From a virus (Duplodnaviria; Caudoviricetes): 30,663 bases of DNA. Made by a program: the position numbers and the translations under genes. The stretch covers positions 1 to 30,663 of IMG/VR virus record IMGVR_UViG_3300025353_000016, one strand, 5' to 3'. Shown one piece after another: positions 1-9,174 of this stretch. The number at the start of each line of letters is the position of its first letter. The stretch's first letter is position 1. The notes under the pieces were generated by a model. It searched no databases. It was not told where the DNA came from and worked only from the letters and a program-made list of their open reading frames with translations.

Positions 1-81
1 ATGGTGATTGACTCGTATGCACCGGCAATCGGCACTGCTGATTATGCCGGGGCAACTGCATCCGGAACGGGCAAATATTAA
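1..81 (+). CDS. 3' end of probable major capsid protein (DUF4043/N4-gp56-like), truncated by window edge
   Basis: Frame 1 reads MVIDSYAPAIGTADYAGATASGTGKY*. 'VIDSYA' resembles the terminal strand of DUF4043-type capsid proteins, and the position just upstream of decoration and adaptor genes fits. Only 26 codons are visible. Confidence 0.5.
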   Translation: MVIDSYAPAIGTADYAGATASGTGKY

Positions 82-123
82 AACCAACCACGGTGCGGAA
101 GTGCCATTTAGGAGTTAAAGATC

Positions 124-897
124 ATGTCAAAATATTATCAAATGGGCGCTTCTATTGGACAGCCCATTTATTCTGGCGAGGACTCGTCAGGCGCGACATT
201 TGCTGGTTATGCAAAATTATCAAGTTATTTCAATTCTCTTACGTTGGTTTCCGGCGATACGATTGAAATACCACTTGTTGAAATTCCGCAAGGTGTCCGG
301 TTGCAAGAGGTTTCTTTGCAAACTGATCAGGCGTTATTATCAGGCGGAACATCGGCGACGGTTCAGTTTTGTTTGCGTCTTAAAAACAATTCCATTTTTG
401 TCGGCAATTCGTCCGGTGCGTATGGTGTGGCTGCAAATTTACCGGACATCATTTTACAGGCCGGTGCAGTTCCGCCATCTGGTGGAACAGTAACCAATCA
501 GTATGTAAGTGCCGCGACTGCAACATTGGCGCAAGCACAAACCCTGGTTAACCAACAAGCAGTCTTTCCTTCAGTTGCAACTGTCCCATTTAGTGTTTTG
601 GCGGGTACGGGTGCAGTCGGAGGCGCAAGCAACACCACCACTCCGGCATATCCGATACCAAACACCCAATTAGTCTTGGCGGGTGGAATGAACAATGAAT
701 GGTTTCAGACATTCCCACAAGCCGTAGAAAACTATACGTCTGTTGCAAACCAATTGGCACAAAGGTCGACATTGCAAAATTCCTATTATTTGGGGATTTT
801 GATCACCGCCGGAACATCGACAACGACACCTGCGGCCTCCACGGCATGTGCCAATATTGGCATAATGGTTGATGGTGAATTTGCCGGTACGCTGTAA
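124..897 (+). CDS. Putative capsid decoration/cement-like structural protein (257 aa)
   Basis: SD TAGGAG at 109-114. The motif 'SGDTIEIPLVEIPQGVRLQEVSLQTD' is typical of beta-sandwich proteins encoded right after podovirus capsid genes. The protein is A/T/G/V-rich. Confidence 0.55.
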   Translation: MSKYYQMGASIGQPIYSGEDSSGATFAGYAKLSSYFNSLTLVSGDTIEIPLVEIPQGVRLQEVSLQTDQALLSGGTSATVQFCLRLKNNSIFVGNSSGAYGVAANLPDIILQAGAVPPSGGTVTNQYVSAATATLAQAQTLVNQQAVFPSVATVPFSVLAGTGAVGGASNTTTPAYPIPNTQLVLAGGMNNEWFQTFPQAVENYTSVANQLAQRSTLQNSYYLGILITAGTSTTTPAASTACANIGIMVDGEFAGTL

Positions 898-1133
898 TGA
901 AAAAAGTCACGCTTGCTATACGGGAAGATATGCAAGAGCCAATGCCTGTTTATGTGGATGGAGTTTGTGTCGCCACGTTAAGCCAGTACAGCCCTTGTAT
1001 TGAGCTTGACGAGGCGGATGCCGATAAAGTGTTGTCAGGACAGGCGTATGCTGGCATTTTTTCTGTTGTTGCCGAGCGTGAAGAAACAAAGCCATCCGTA
1101 ATGGTTAAGACGCGCACGGTGCGCCGTGGCTGA
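897..1133 (+). CDS. Small hypothetical phage protein (78 aa)
   Basis: TAATG coupling to the upstream stop, overlap with the next gene start, and protein-like composition. Confidence 0.7.
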   Translation: MKKVTLAIREDMQEPMPVYVDGVCVATLSQYSPCIELDEADADKVLSGQAYAGIFSVVAEREETKPSVMVKTRTVRRG

Positions 1134-1917
1134 TTACACCACGTTTTATGACGATGTGGTGATGGATTGCCCCGGTGTTCCGATACCGCTGGTGCAACGG
1201 GCGGTGCGCGAGGCGTTCAGGACATTTTGCAAGGACACTACGGCTTACCGTTACACGCTCAACCCCGCCACTGACTTGAGTTATTCTGTATCAAGCAATG
1301 TGGCTACGGATGTCAGCACGGGGATTTACACCATCGTCGTGCCTACCGGATTCCAGTTGGACAGCGTCATATCACCGATGCTGTTCAATGGCAGTTACAC
1401 CGTTTATTTTTTCACGGACGGTTCGGAAAGCACATCACCGACACCGCCGACGGGTTACGACTTGGACTATTCGAATGAGTACCAGATATTCAACAATCTT
1501 GTCCAAGGTGCAAGCCAGCAATGGCTGGACAAGAATGTACCGGGATGGCGGCAAGACCAGTCTGACGATTATGTGCAGTTCTTCTGCTGCCTTACCTCAA
1601 ACACGTTCCAGATCACGCCGGACAGCGGAATAGACAGATCGGCCTACCTGACTGTCAACGTGTCAATGATGCCGGACAGGAGCGCATTGCCGACACTGGA
1701 CAATGAGTTCTGCAACCGCTGGTTTGACCATATCACCGCAGGTTCAAAGTTCCTGCTGATGGCACAACCCAATGCCGAATGGAGCAACCCTGATTTGGCG
1801 CAATTCTACAAAGCCAAATTTGATGCTGGCATAGATGAGGCCAAGCGTTACATCAAGACAGGATTAAGGAATCCAACCGCTGACGGGATTAGCCACGTCA
1901 CGCTTTATTACCGATAG
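1126..1917 (+). CDS. Head-tail adaptor protein (263 aa)
   Basis: N-terminal 'FYDDVVMDCPGVPIPLVQRAVREAFRTFC' and C-terminal 'ITAGSKFLLMAQPNAEWSNPDLAQFYKAKF' match the pattern of podovirus adaptor proteins. Confidence 0.7.
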   Translation: MADYTTFYDDVVMDCPGVPIPLVQRAVREAFRTFCKDTTAYRYTLNPATDLSYSVSSNVATDVSTGIYTIVVPTGFQLDSVISPMLFNGSYTVYFFTDGSESTSPTPPTGYDLDYSNEYQIFNNLVQGASQQWLDKNVPGWRQDQSDDYVQFFCCLTSNTFQITPDSGIDRSAYLTVNVSMMPDRSALPTLDNEFCNRWFDHITAGSKFLLMAQPNAEWSNPDLAQFYKAKFDAGIDEAKRYIKTGLRNPTADGISHVTLYYR

Positions 1918-1933
1918 ATTTTAGGGGTTATCC

Positions 1934-4276
1934 ATGTCATTGACACCACCTTCCAGTTTTAGCCCTGTTTTGCGTGGCTCGGCAAGCAACACCGGGCTTA
2001 CGACCACACAAATTGACGGTAACTTTAGCGGTATTGCAACCAACGCCAACTGGAGCGTGTCATCCATAGCAAGCCTAATTTCAAGCGCGGGTGCGGCGCT
2101 GATAGGCATTATCCAAACAGGCGCTGGTGCAGTGGCCAGAAACGTGGCCGCCAAACTGGGCGAAACGGTTTCAATAACCGACTATGGCGCAGTGCCTAGC
2201 ACATCCGGGGCGGCGGCGGCGTTCCTTGCGGCGATGAACAGCCTAGGCAGTACGGGTGGAAAGATCATCATACCTCCCGGTACATGGTTATGGGAATCAC
2301 AGATAACCAGCACCAAGGACTATGTTCATGTTGACGTGCAGGAAGGCGCGGTGGTCACGCAAACCGGCACATTCGCCACCATGCTGTACATCTCCAACAA
2401 CTACTGGGCCATTTCAGGCAATGGCGTGTTTGACGGCGCAAATTTGTCGCCAAGCAACGGGGCAAACATAGCGTGTTGGGGCAACTACTGCTCATTCAGG
2501 AATTTTGAGACACGCAAAAGCGGCGGTCAAGGTCTTGGGCTATGGGGCGCGTCATCCAGCAATTGGCTGACGGGATGCAGTGTCAACAAAGTCAATTCGC
2601 ACAACAATGGCGCGGTCGGTTTGCTGATGTCAGAAGCGCGTTATTGCCGCATCACCTCCAATATCCTGATAAGCAACGGCTTGGAAGGCATCACCGTTGA
2701 CAACCAATCCGGTTACAACACCATTGACGGCAACATAGGGCTAAGCAACTGCACCAGCGGCGGCACGGGCAATATCGGTGCCGGCTTGTTGGCTAACCAT
2801 AACGTGTTCACCAACAACATCCTGCAAGGTGCGCAGAACGGTTGCCACGGCCTGTTTTTGCAAGGCCAAAACAATGTAGTGGAAAACAACGTGTTCACCG
2901 CCAACACAGGTTATGGCCTCTACCTTGACGGCTCTTGTGTCGCAAACCTTGTTGGCTCTAACGAATACGACGCAAACACACTGGGTGCGCGTTACCTTGG
3001 CGTTGGCAGCCTGAACAATATAATCGGGTCTGAATCGCTATCAAGCGGCGGCGTTATGGACTTAGGCGGCAACTTTTACACCTCTCAGCCGATAGATAAC
3101 AAGTTCGGTTTGTGTTACTTAAGGGCCGTTCGGCTTAAACTACAACGCATTGCATTGGGGCTTGCCAGTTACACCAACACATCAAGCATCACCACCACAT
3201 CACAACTGGTGATAGCCTGTATTGGCGACTCCTACACCCAATGGGCAGCCATTTGGACTAGCCCCTTGTTGGGCAAGCTTTGGGGATCATACGGCAACGC
3301 AGGTATGGGATGGTTCGGTTTCGGCTTCCAAACCCCATACAATTCCGCCCCGTGGACGACAGGCAACCAGCCGATATATTCGGGCGGCGGTTCAACATGC
3401 GATCTGGGCGCGTCATGGGGGCTAACGGGCGGCATATCCCTGTTTCAAATCATCGGTTCATGGGTGTGTTCATACAACAACGCCAGCGGCAACGCGCCAT
3501 CCTTGTCCACTATTGCCAGCTCAACTGCAAATGACTATGTGCGTTTGGGATTCCCGGCAAACCAGACAGCCGCCATCCTGTACTATTCGGGCAACGGCAC
3601 GGGCGTTATTGCCGTGTCATGGAACGATGGGTCAACCTATGGCGGCAACATCTCCCTAAGCACAGTGGGCGCGGGGCATATTACACTGAGCGGCATACCC
3701 GGAACTGCCAACACCTTACGCATTAAAGTGGTGTCCGGCACAGTCACACTGGCAGGGATAGACCTGCAAAGCTCGGCCAATGGCGTCAGGCTGCATAAAA
3801 TAGCCGGGGGCGGCTCATATACCCAACAATGGGCCAATGTCACACAAGCGGCATGGGCGGCAAACCTGCAAGCCCTTAACCCTGATGTTGTCACCCTGCT
3901 GTTTGGCGGAAACGAGCAGATCAACGGCTACAGCCCCATGCAATATGGCGTGTACCTGCAAACCATCATAGCCAATATACGTTCGGTATTGCCGGAGTGT
4001 GACATCCTGCTGATTTCCCCGGCGGAAAACCAACGCAACACCAACGCTTACCCTATGACGGCTTTTGCCCAAGTCATGCGTAAAATCGCAACGGACAACG
4101 GTTACTCGTTCATCGACATGCAAGGCTATTTTGGGCTACCCAACAACAACGCCTCGGCCTATGCCTTCACCAATGCCTACTGCCCTTGGTATTACAGCGA
4201 CGGCATCCATCCCGACCCCAATACGGGCGGCGTTATCATGACAGACGCCATTTACCGCGCCTTGGTGACCATGTGA
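1934..4276 (+). CDS. Tailspike/depolymerase: right-handed beta-helix plus C-terminal SGNH esterase (780 aa)
   Basis: N-terminal 'LTTTQIDGNF' anchor-like motif. 'GAVARNVAAKLGETVSITDYGA...GGKIIIPPGTW' is a pectate-lyase-3-like start, followed by Asn/Gly-rich beta-helix rungs. SGNH blocks are GDS (3224-3232), GGNE and DGIHP. Confidence 0.8.
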   Translation: MSLTPPSSFSPVLRGSASNTGLTTTQIDGNFSGIATNANWSVSSIASLISSAGAALIGIIQTGAGAVARNVAAKLGETVSITDYGAVPSTSGAAAAFLAAMNSLGSTGGKIIIPPGTWLWESQITSTKDYVHVDVQEGAVVTQTGTFATMLYISNNYWAISGNGVFDGANLSPSNGANIACWGNYCSFRNFETRKSGGQGLGLWGASSSNWLTGCSVNKVNSHNNGAVGLLMSEARYCRITSNILISNGLEGITVDNQSGYNTIDGNIGLSNCTSGGTGNIGAGLLANHNVFTNNILQGAQNGCHGLFLQGQNNVVENNVFTANTGYGLYLDGSCVANLVGSNEYDANTLGARYLGVGSLNNIIGSESLSSGGVMDLGGNFYTSQPIDNKFGLCYLRAVRLKLQRIALGLASYTNTSSITTTSQLVIACIGDSYTQWAAIWTSPLLGKLWGSYGNAGMGWFGFGFQTPYNSAPWTTGNQPIYSGGGSTCDLGASWGLTGGISLFQIIGSWVCSYNNASGNAPSLSTIASSTANDYVRLGFPANQTAAILYYSGNGTGVIAVSWNDGSTYGGNISLSTVGAGHITLSGIPGTANTLRIKVVSGTVTLAGIDLQSSANGVRLHKIAGGGSYTQQWANVTQAAWAANLQALNPDVVTLLFGGNEQINGYSPMQYGVYLQTIIANIRSVLPECDILLISPAENQRNTNAYPMTAFAQVMRKIATDNGYSFIDMQGYFGLPNNNASAYAFTNAYCPWYYSDGIHPDPNTGGVIMTDAIYRALVTM

Positions 4277-4310
4277 TGCCTTTTGACTGACAAAAAACAT
4301 AGGCCCAGCC

Positions 4311-5048
4311 ATGCTCAATTATTCTGTTGACGGGTACAGTTCGGACGGTTATTTTTATGATTTTTCAATAACGATAGAACCGTCCTACCGGACGGATGCC
4401 GTATCAATAATTAACGATGCGTCGGTGCTTTTGAATGATGTCGCATTTTCACGCTGGACACAAAGTGAACTGTTGTCGTGGCTTAATGCCGGACAACTTG
4501 AGGTGGCAACACAGGTTGTCAATTCAAATGCCAACACACAACAAATACAATTGGTTGCGGGCAGCCTGCAATCATCCCCGGAGGACTCTATCCGCATTGT
4601 CGAGTTTGTCCGCAATATGGGAGTAGACGGAAAGACACCGGGCGCGGCAATAAGGCAAATAGACAGAAAAACAATGGACAGGTTTTATCCGTCATGGACT
4701 AGCGATGTCCCATCCGGATCGGTTGTCCATGTAATGTATGATGCAGTGGACAACAACTCGGCATTTTATGTTTGGCCACCACAACCCAATTACCCGCAAT
4801 ACATTGAAATAATATACGCGCAGATACCACAACAGATAACCAATTGTGCAATAGGCGAAAAGATAACAATAATGCCGTATTACCGCAATGCGTTGCTGGA
4901 TTATGTGTTGTACCGTGCATTTGCCAAAGATTCAGACAGCGCCAACCAAGCGCAGCGCAGCCAAGCGCATTACCAGATGTTCATGCAGGCGATTGGCGGA
5001 AAGTTCAGCGGAGACACCAATGCCAACAATGACAAGGCAATGCAATGA
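4311..5048 (+). CDS. Second adaptor-type virion protein (DUF6682-like, 245 aa)
   Basis: Motifs 'IINDASVLLND...RWTQSELLSWLNAGQ', 'FYVWPP' and 'ALLDYVLYRAFAKD...RSQAHYQMF'. Confidence 0.7.
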   Translation: MLNYSVDGYSSDGYFYDFSITIEPSYRTDAVSIINDASVLLNDVAFSRWTQSELLSWLNAGQLEVATQVVNSNANTQQIQLVAGSLQSSPEDSIRIVEFVRNMGVDGKTPGAAIRQIDRKTMDRFYPSWTSDVPSGSVVHVMYDAVDNNSAFYVWPPQPNYPQYIEIIYAQIPQQITNCAIGEKITIMPYYRNALLDYVLYRAFAKDSDSANQAQRSQAHYQMFMQAIGGKFSGDTNANNDKAMQ

Positions 5049-6655
5049 GCATCAGCATAGGCCAGTTTGGCGGCATAGCCCCTAAAGTCAACCCGCCGCT
5101 GCTGGACACCAATATGGCCACCGTGGCGCAAAACCTACGTGTTGACCGTGGTTCTATCAGGCCATTGAACGGTTTGACCCAGGTGGCGGCTTCCCCATCC
5201 GGCACATTGGGCTATGTGCCTTCCACCATTTACAAATATTCATCACCACCTTGGTTGTATTGGGATTCGCCTAATGTCGATGTTGCAATGGGCCCTGTCC
5301 CGGCTGATTTGTATGGCAGGGTTTATTACACCGACCCTTCAAAGGGCTATCCTGAATACACGTTTACGGGAAGGCCGTCGGGGAATGGAACACCAAATGG
5401 CTACAGGCTGGGCATACCGCAACCTTCGGACGGGAAAATAGCCAGCGCGGTTGTTTCCGGCACTGGCACAGGAACGGCCTATGAGCGGTTTTACACATTC
5501 ACTTATGTGTCGCCGTTGGGCGAGGAAGGGCCGCCCATGAAAACCCCGGTGGCTGTCATTTCCGTACAAAACGGGCAAACCGTGACGCTGGGTTTCAGTA
5601 CGGAAACGCTCATCAATTACAACCTTAGCACAGGTTTAAGGCGAATTTACCGCACCGCACAAGGAACTAACAGCACCACGTTTGAGTTTGTTGCCGATGT
5701 TGCCATAGGCACGTTGTCGTATGCCGACAGCATTTCCGACACTGCATTGGGCGAAACATTGCCATCAAACAACTGGTTTGCGCCGCCCGCCGCAATGATT
5801 GGCCTAAAGTCAACGGGCAGCGGGTTTTTTGTCGGTTATTACGGCAACACCTTGTGTGTCAGCGAACTGTTCATGCCCCATGCATGGAATCCCAACAATG
5901 AGCTTGCGTTTCCGTTCCTGATAACGGCATTGGCGGTCACAACGGATTCTATTGTGGTGTTCACACAGGGAAACCCTTACCTTGTCACCGGCACATCACC
6001 TGACTTGCTGACGGCAATCAAGATTGACAGCGCACAATCCGTACCGTTCCGCAAAAGCTGTGTGGACATGGGCGGCTATGTTATGGCGGCTTCACCGGAC
6101 GGTCTGATTGCCATACAGCAGGCGCAAATTGATGTCGCCACCTTGGATTTTTATACCTTACCGCAATGGCAAGCGGCGTTCCCTCCGGCGGCCTTGTACG
6201 GGTTTTACTATGAAGGCGTTTATGTTGGGTTTTCCGGCGCAAACGGGTTCATGTTTGACATGCGCAAAAGCCCCCCGGTGCTGACGACATTAAGCGGTTT
6301 GCCTACGATTGTTGGCGGCTACAATGATCTGTCAACCGACACGCTGTATTTGCTGGACAGCACCGGCATTATTTGGAGCTGGGAGACCGGCAATGCAATG
6401 ATGTTCACATGGAAGAGCAAGCCTGTCCGTGTGCCTATGCCCATATGCCCGGCTTGTGGGCGTATCTATGCCAGCGGGGCGGTGACATTGCAGTTATGGG
6501 CCGACGGATACCCGGTGTTCAGTGCGGCGATAAGCGACAACAATGTTTTTAGGCTGCCTTCCGGCTACCGTGCCAAGGAATTTTATGTGCAGTTGTCAGG
6601 CACGAGTTCCGTTGATTCAATATCCATTGCCAACAGTGTTGGGGAGTTGTCATGA
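5045..6655 (+). CDS. Tail nozzle / tail tubular protein (536 aa)
   Basis: ATGA overlap. N-terminus 'ISIGQFGGIAPKVNPPLLDTNMATVAQN' and motifs 'YTFTYVSPLGEEGPP', 'SELFMPHAW', 'FTWKSK', 'FRLPSG' are typical of podovirus nozzle proteins. Confidence 0.7.
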   Translation: MSISIGQFGGIAPKVNPPLLDTNMATVAQNLRVDRGSIRPLNGLTQVAASPSGTLGYVPSTIYKYSSPPWLYWDSPNVDVAMGPVPADLYGRVYYTDPSKGYPEYTFTGRPSGNGTPNGYRLGIPQPSDGKIASAVVSGTGTGTAYERFYTFTYVSPLGEEGPPMKTPVAVISVQNGQTVTLGFSTETLINYNLSTGLRRIYRTAQGTNSTTFEFVADVAIGTLSYADSISDTALGETLPSNNWFAPPAAMIGLKSTGSGFFVGYYGNTLCVSELFMPHAWNPNNELAFPFLITALAVTTDSIVVFTQGNPYLVTGTSPDLLTAIKIDSAQSVPFRKSCVDMGGYVMAASPDGLIAIQQAQIDVATLDFYTLPQWQAAFPPAALYGFYYEGVYVGFSGANGFMFDMRKSPPVLTTLSGLPTIVGGYNDLSTDTLYLLDSTGIIWSWETGNAMMFTWKSKPVRVPMPICPACGRIYASGAVTLQLWADGYPVFSAAISDNNVFRLPSGYRAKEFYVQLSGTSSVDSISIANSVGELS

Positions 6656-7338
6656 CAAGGAAAGTGCCGTCAGTACCCAATGTTAGCGACCCGATATTAA
6701 AGAACTTTTTGTCGGCGGTGCGCGAGGGTGTCAATTCATTCACACAGATGACATCGGAATCTGTGAACAATATCATAACCAACCTAATGATATTAAATGC
6801 ACTGGGTTACACGCCTGAAAACACGGCAAACAAAAGCAACAATCAAGATGATAGCTCAAGCATGTCCTTGTTCCCTTCGTGGTCTGCTGTTTCCGCATTT
6901 GTTGCCGCCCAAGGATTTGCCAGCGTTTCTTATGTGGCAAGCCAACTGTCAAGTTATGCCACTTTGACTTATGTAGCAAGCCAACTGTCAAGTTATGCCA
7001 GTTCAGCAATAACATTCACAAACAAACGCAACACAAGGCGTGTGATACAGGTTGCGTCAACGGCTACGCCTTCCGTCAACACTGACAATTGTGACATATT
7101 CCAAATTAGGGGATTGGCGGTTGCAATAACCGGGTTCACCATGACGGGAACACCCAATGAAGGCGATGCGTTGTTGATTGAAATAACGGGTACGGCGGCA
7201 CGGGCAATCACATGGGGTAGCGCATTTGAGGCAAGCACGGTGGCATTGCCGACAACCACTGTTTCCACCAACAAGCTGACGGCCAGTTTTTTATATAATG
7301 GCGTGACAAGCAAGTGGCGTTGCATAGGGGCGGTATGA
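6652..7338 (+). CDS. Short tail fibre / tail-tip protein (228 aa)
   Basis: ATGA overlap. N-terminal 'DPILKNFLSAVRE' anchor-like helix, 'ALGYTPEN.ANK' and 'YAT..YV' fibre motifs, and a beta-rich C-terminal head ending 'FLYNGVTSKWRCIG'. Confidence 0.6.
   Translation: MTRKVPSVPNVSDPILKNFLSAVREGVNSFTQMTSESVNNIITNLMILNALGYTPENTANKSNNQDDSSSMSLFPSWSAVSAFVAAQGFASVSYVASQLSSYATLTYVASQLSSYASSAITFTNKRNTRRVIQVASTATPSVNTDNCDIFQIRGLAVAITGFTMTGTPNEGDALLIEITGTAARAITWGSAFEASTVALPTTTVSTNKLTASFLYNGVTSKWRCIGAV
6929..7000 (+). repeat. 39-bp-period tandem duplication encoding YVASQLSSYA x2
   Basis: CTTATGTGGCAAGCCAACTGTCAAGTTATGCCA (6929-6961) and CTTATGTAGCAAGCCAACTGTCAAGTTATGCCA (6968-7000) differ by one synonymous base. 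Confidence 0.95.
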
Positions 7339-7730
7339 CATTCGGGCGTTTTGAGTTGTGTGACATTCGGCAAGTATGGGATGCCATAAAGCCGTTTGTG
7401 GAAGAGATACAGGGTTTGGGCATGGACTGGAAGCCCGAGGACGTTTACGCGCAATGCCTGATGGGCAGGGCATTCTGCTATACATGCAAAGATGGCTTTG
7501 TCGTTGTTCAACCACAGGAAAACCCTTACACATTGGCTAAGGAGCTTTTTGTCTGGCTATGTTACAGTATGGCGGATGACGGCTTGGAAACGTACCGCGA
7601 GGATATTGCCCTGATTGCAAAATCCATCCATGCCACCTCGATAGTTTTCCGATCGCCCCGTGAGGGGTTCAGGCGCGTCGCCAAGAAAAACGGCTGGCAA
7701 TGCGTCAGCGAATATAAAATTGCAATTTAG
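7335..7730 (+). CDS. GNAT-like virion-module protein (131 aa; ATG 7335 preferred over the ORF-track start at 7314)
   Basis: ATG 7335 overlaps the upstream TGA (ATGA), with GGGG upstream. 'DGFVVV...KELFVWLCYS...IVFRSPREGFRRVAKKNGW' fits the acetyltransferase-like genes that precede podovirus ejection proteins. Confidence 0.6.
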   Translation: MTFGRFELCDIRQVWDAIKPFVEEIQGLGMDWKPEDVYAQCLMGRAFCYTCKDGFVVVQPQENPYTLAKELFVWLCYSMADDGLETYREDIALIAKSIHATSIVFRSPREGFRRVAKKNGWQCVSEYKIAI

Positions 7731-7740
7731 GCAGGTAATT

Positions 7741-8034
7741 ATGGGAAGCAGCTCTATTATAAGTGGTGACAACGCATTTGAAAATTATCAAAAACACATG
7801 GACGACAAAAAAACGCCGTTTGAATGGCAAAGCGAACTTAACAAGGCGGTTGCCGAGTTGGAAAGGACAAAAATATTAAATGGTTTGCTTTGTAAGGGAA
7901 CTGTCACGGTTGAAGAGGCATATTTGTTGAACATGCATTATAGCGATTCTCATGTCAGGCAACTTGAACACCGATTGGAATCCATCAAAAAACGTATGGA
8001 AGAAAGGGGTATCAAGGTAAACCATGATACTTAA
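7741..8034 (+). CDS. Hypothetical helical protein (97 aa; likely start ATG 7741)
   Basis: The start follows the upstream stop by 10 nt, with AGGCAGG upstream. The sequence is AT-richer and coiled-coil-like, with no recognisable family. Confidence 0.6.
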   Translation: MGSSSIISGDNAFENYQKHMDDKKTPFEWQSELNKAVAELERTKILNGLLCKGTVTVEEAYLLNMHYSDSHVRQLEHRLESIKKRMEERGIKVNHDT

Positions 8035-8041
8035 GTAAATA

Positions 8042-8122
8042 TTAGTTTGCCCGGTAAACTCAGGGTTTACAAGGCAAGCACTGAGTTTACGCCGTAAACT
8101 AAGACTAACGCCGAGAGGGCGT
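8042..8122 (+). promoter_or_regulatory. Structured intergenic element with repeated GTAAAC/GTTTAC units
   Basis: Perfect 10-bp inverted repeat GTAAACTCAG (8054-8063) / CTGAGTTTAC (8081-8090), plus additional overlapping hairpins (see findings). Confidence 0.6.
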
Positions 8123-8134
8123 AAGGAAACCCGT

Positions 8135-8749
8135 ATGAAGGTTAAGAACCTATGGCCTTTTTGCCTGTTATTGCCCGTCAAGTTTTATGGCGGCGGTGGC
8201 GGAGGCTCCCAGATTGTCAACCAAGACAACCCGCAACAACGCGCATTGGCAAATGTCGCCAACCAAAAGTGGCAGTATTACCAGCAAAAGTATGTCCCGC
8301 TGGAAAACCAATGGATGAACCAAGTCGCCAACATGGACAGCCAAGGCAACCATGACACGGCGGCTGGTATGGCAGCGACCACGCTTAAGCAAGCCAATGG
8401 GCCGCAAACAGGCAATGTGGGCGCGTCTATGGGTGGGCAACGGCTTGGCATGGGCGATTATTTGCCGGAAGCCGCAAGCGAGGCGAACGCCACCAACACC
8501 GCCAACCAAGGCGTGACTAACCGGATGCTGCAAGGTGAACAAGGCATTGTGGCGATGGGGCAAGGACAGTCTACAGGGGCGATACAAGGCCTAAGTTCGG
8601 TTGCCCAACAGTCAGTGACGGGGCAGCAACAAAACGCCGGAAATGCCTTTGAGCAGCAGCAGAACAATCTTGCCATACCCGGAACGGTTGCGGGGATGGG
8701 CATGGCGGCGCTCACCAATAAATACATCAACCAAAATGCGGGGGCGTGA
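8135..8749 (+). CDS. Internal virion (ejection) protein 1 (204 aa)
   Basis: SD AAGGA. A leader is followed by GGGGGGS, then 'WQYYQQKYVPLEN'. The body is Q/A/G/N-rich with a C-terminal 'GTVAGMGMAAL'. It lies after the GNAT-like gene. Confidence 0.7.
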   Translation: MKVKNLWPFCLLLPVKFYGGGGGGSQIVNQDNPQQRALANVANQKWQYYQQKYVPLENQWMNQVANMDSQGNHDTAAGMAATTLKQANGPQTGNVGASMGGQRLGMGDYLPEAASEANATNTANQGVTNRMLQGEQGIVAMGQGQSTGAIQGLSSVAQQSVTGQQQNAGNAFEQQQNNLAIPGTVAGMGMAALTNKYINQNAGA

Positions 8750-9174
8750 TGGGCAGTTCAGCACCTAGCCAGATACCCTCTTCCATTGACACGGTGGCTT
8801 CAAACGCCAATGCCGACCTGATCAACAACCAATGGCAGGACTACCAGAACCGTTTCGAGCCTCAGGAAAACAATCTTATCAGCCAGATGGGAACGGGATT
8901 GCAAACTACATTCTTGCCGCAAAGCCTTAAAAACGCACAGACGGGCGTGAACAATGCCTATGCCAGCGCGGCGGGGCAGCAGTCACGCGACTTGTCACGT
9001 TTTGGGCAAGGCATGAACGCATTGCAAAGCCAAGCCTTGGCAACCAACACGGGCATTTCAAACGCGGCGAGCAATGCGAACGCCAACAATTCAACCGTAC
9101 AGGCCGACCAAGACCTTAAGAATGCCGTGATGAGCGGCGGATTGGGCGCAGCGGCGACAGTGGGGCAAAAATAA
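8749..9174 (+). CDS. Internal virion (ejection) protein 2 (about 141 aa)
   Basis: TGATG coupling, motifs 'QWQDYQNRFEPQENNLI' and 'RDLSRFG', and Q/A/N-rich helical composition. Confidence 0.7.
   Translation: MGSSAPSQIPSSIDTVASNANADLINNQWQDYQNRFEPQENNLISQMGTGLQTTFLPQSLKNAQTGVNNAYASAAGQQSRDLSRFGQGMNALQSQALATNTGISNAASNANANNSTVQADQDLKNAVMSGGLGAAATVGQK

Noticed and set aside
7660-7740. ORF-track start of the 124-aa ORF
   Set aside because: It overlaps the upstream gene by 71 nt and is not protein-like. ATG 7741 is preferred.
8042-8122. Intrinsic terminator, tRNA or CRISPR interpretation of the repeat region
   Set aside because: There is no U-tract after the stems, no cloverleaf or T-loop consensus, and no repeat-spacer periodicity.
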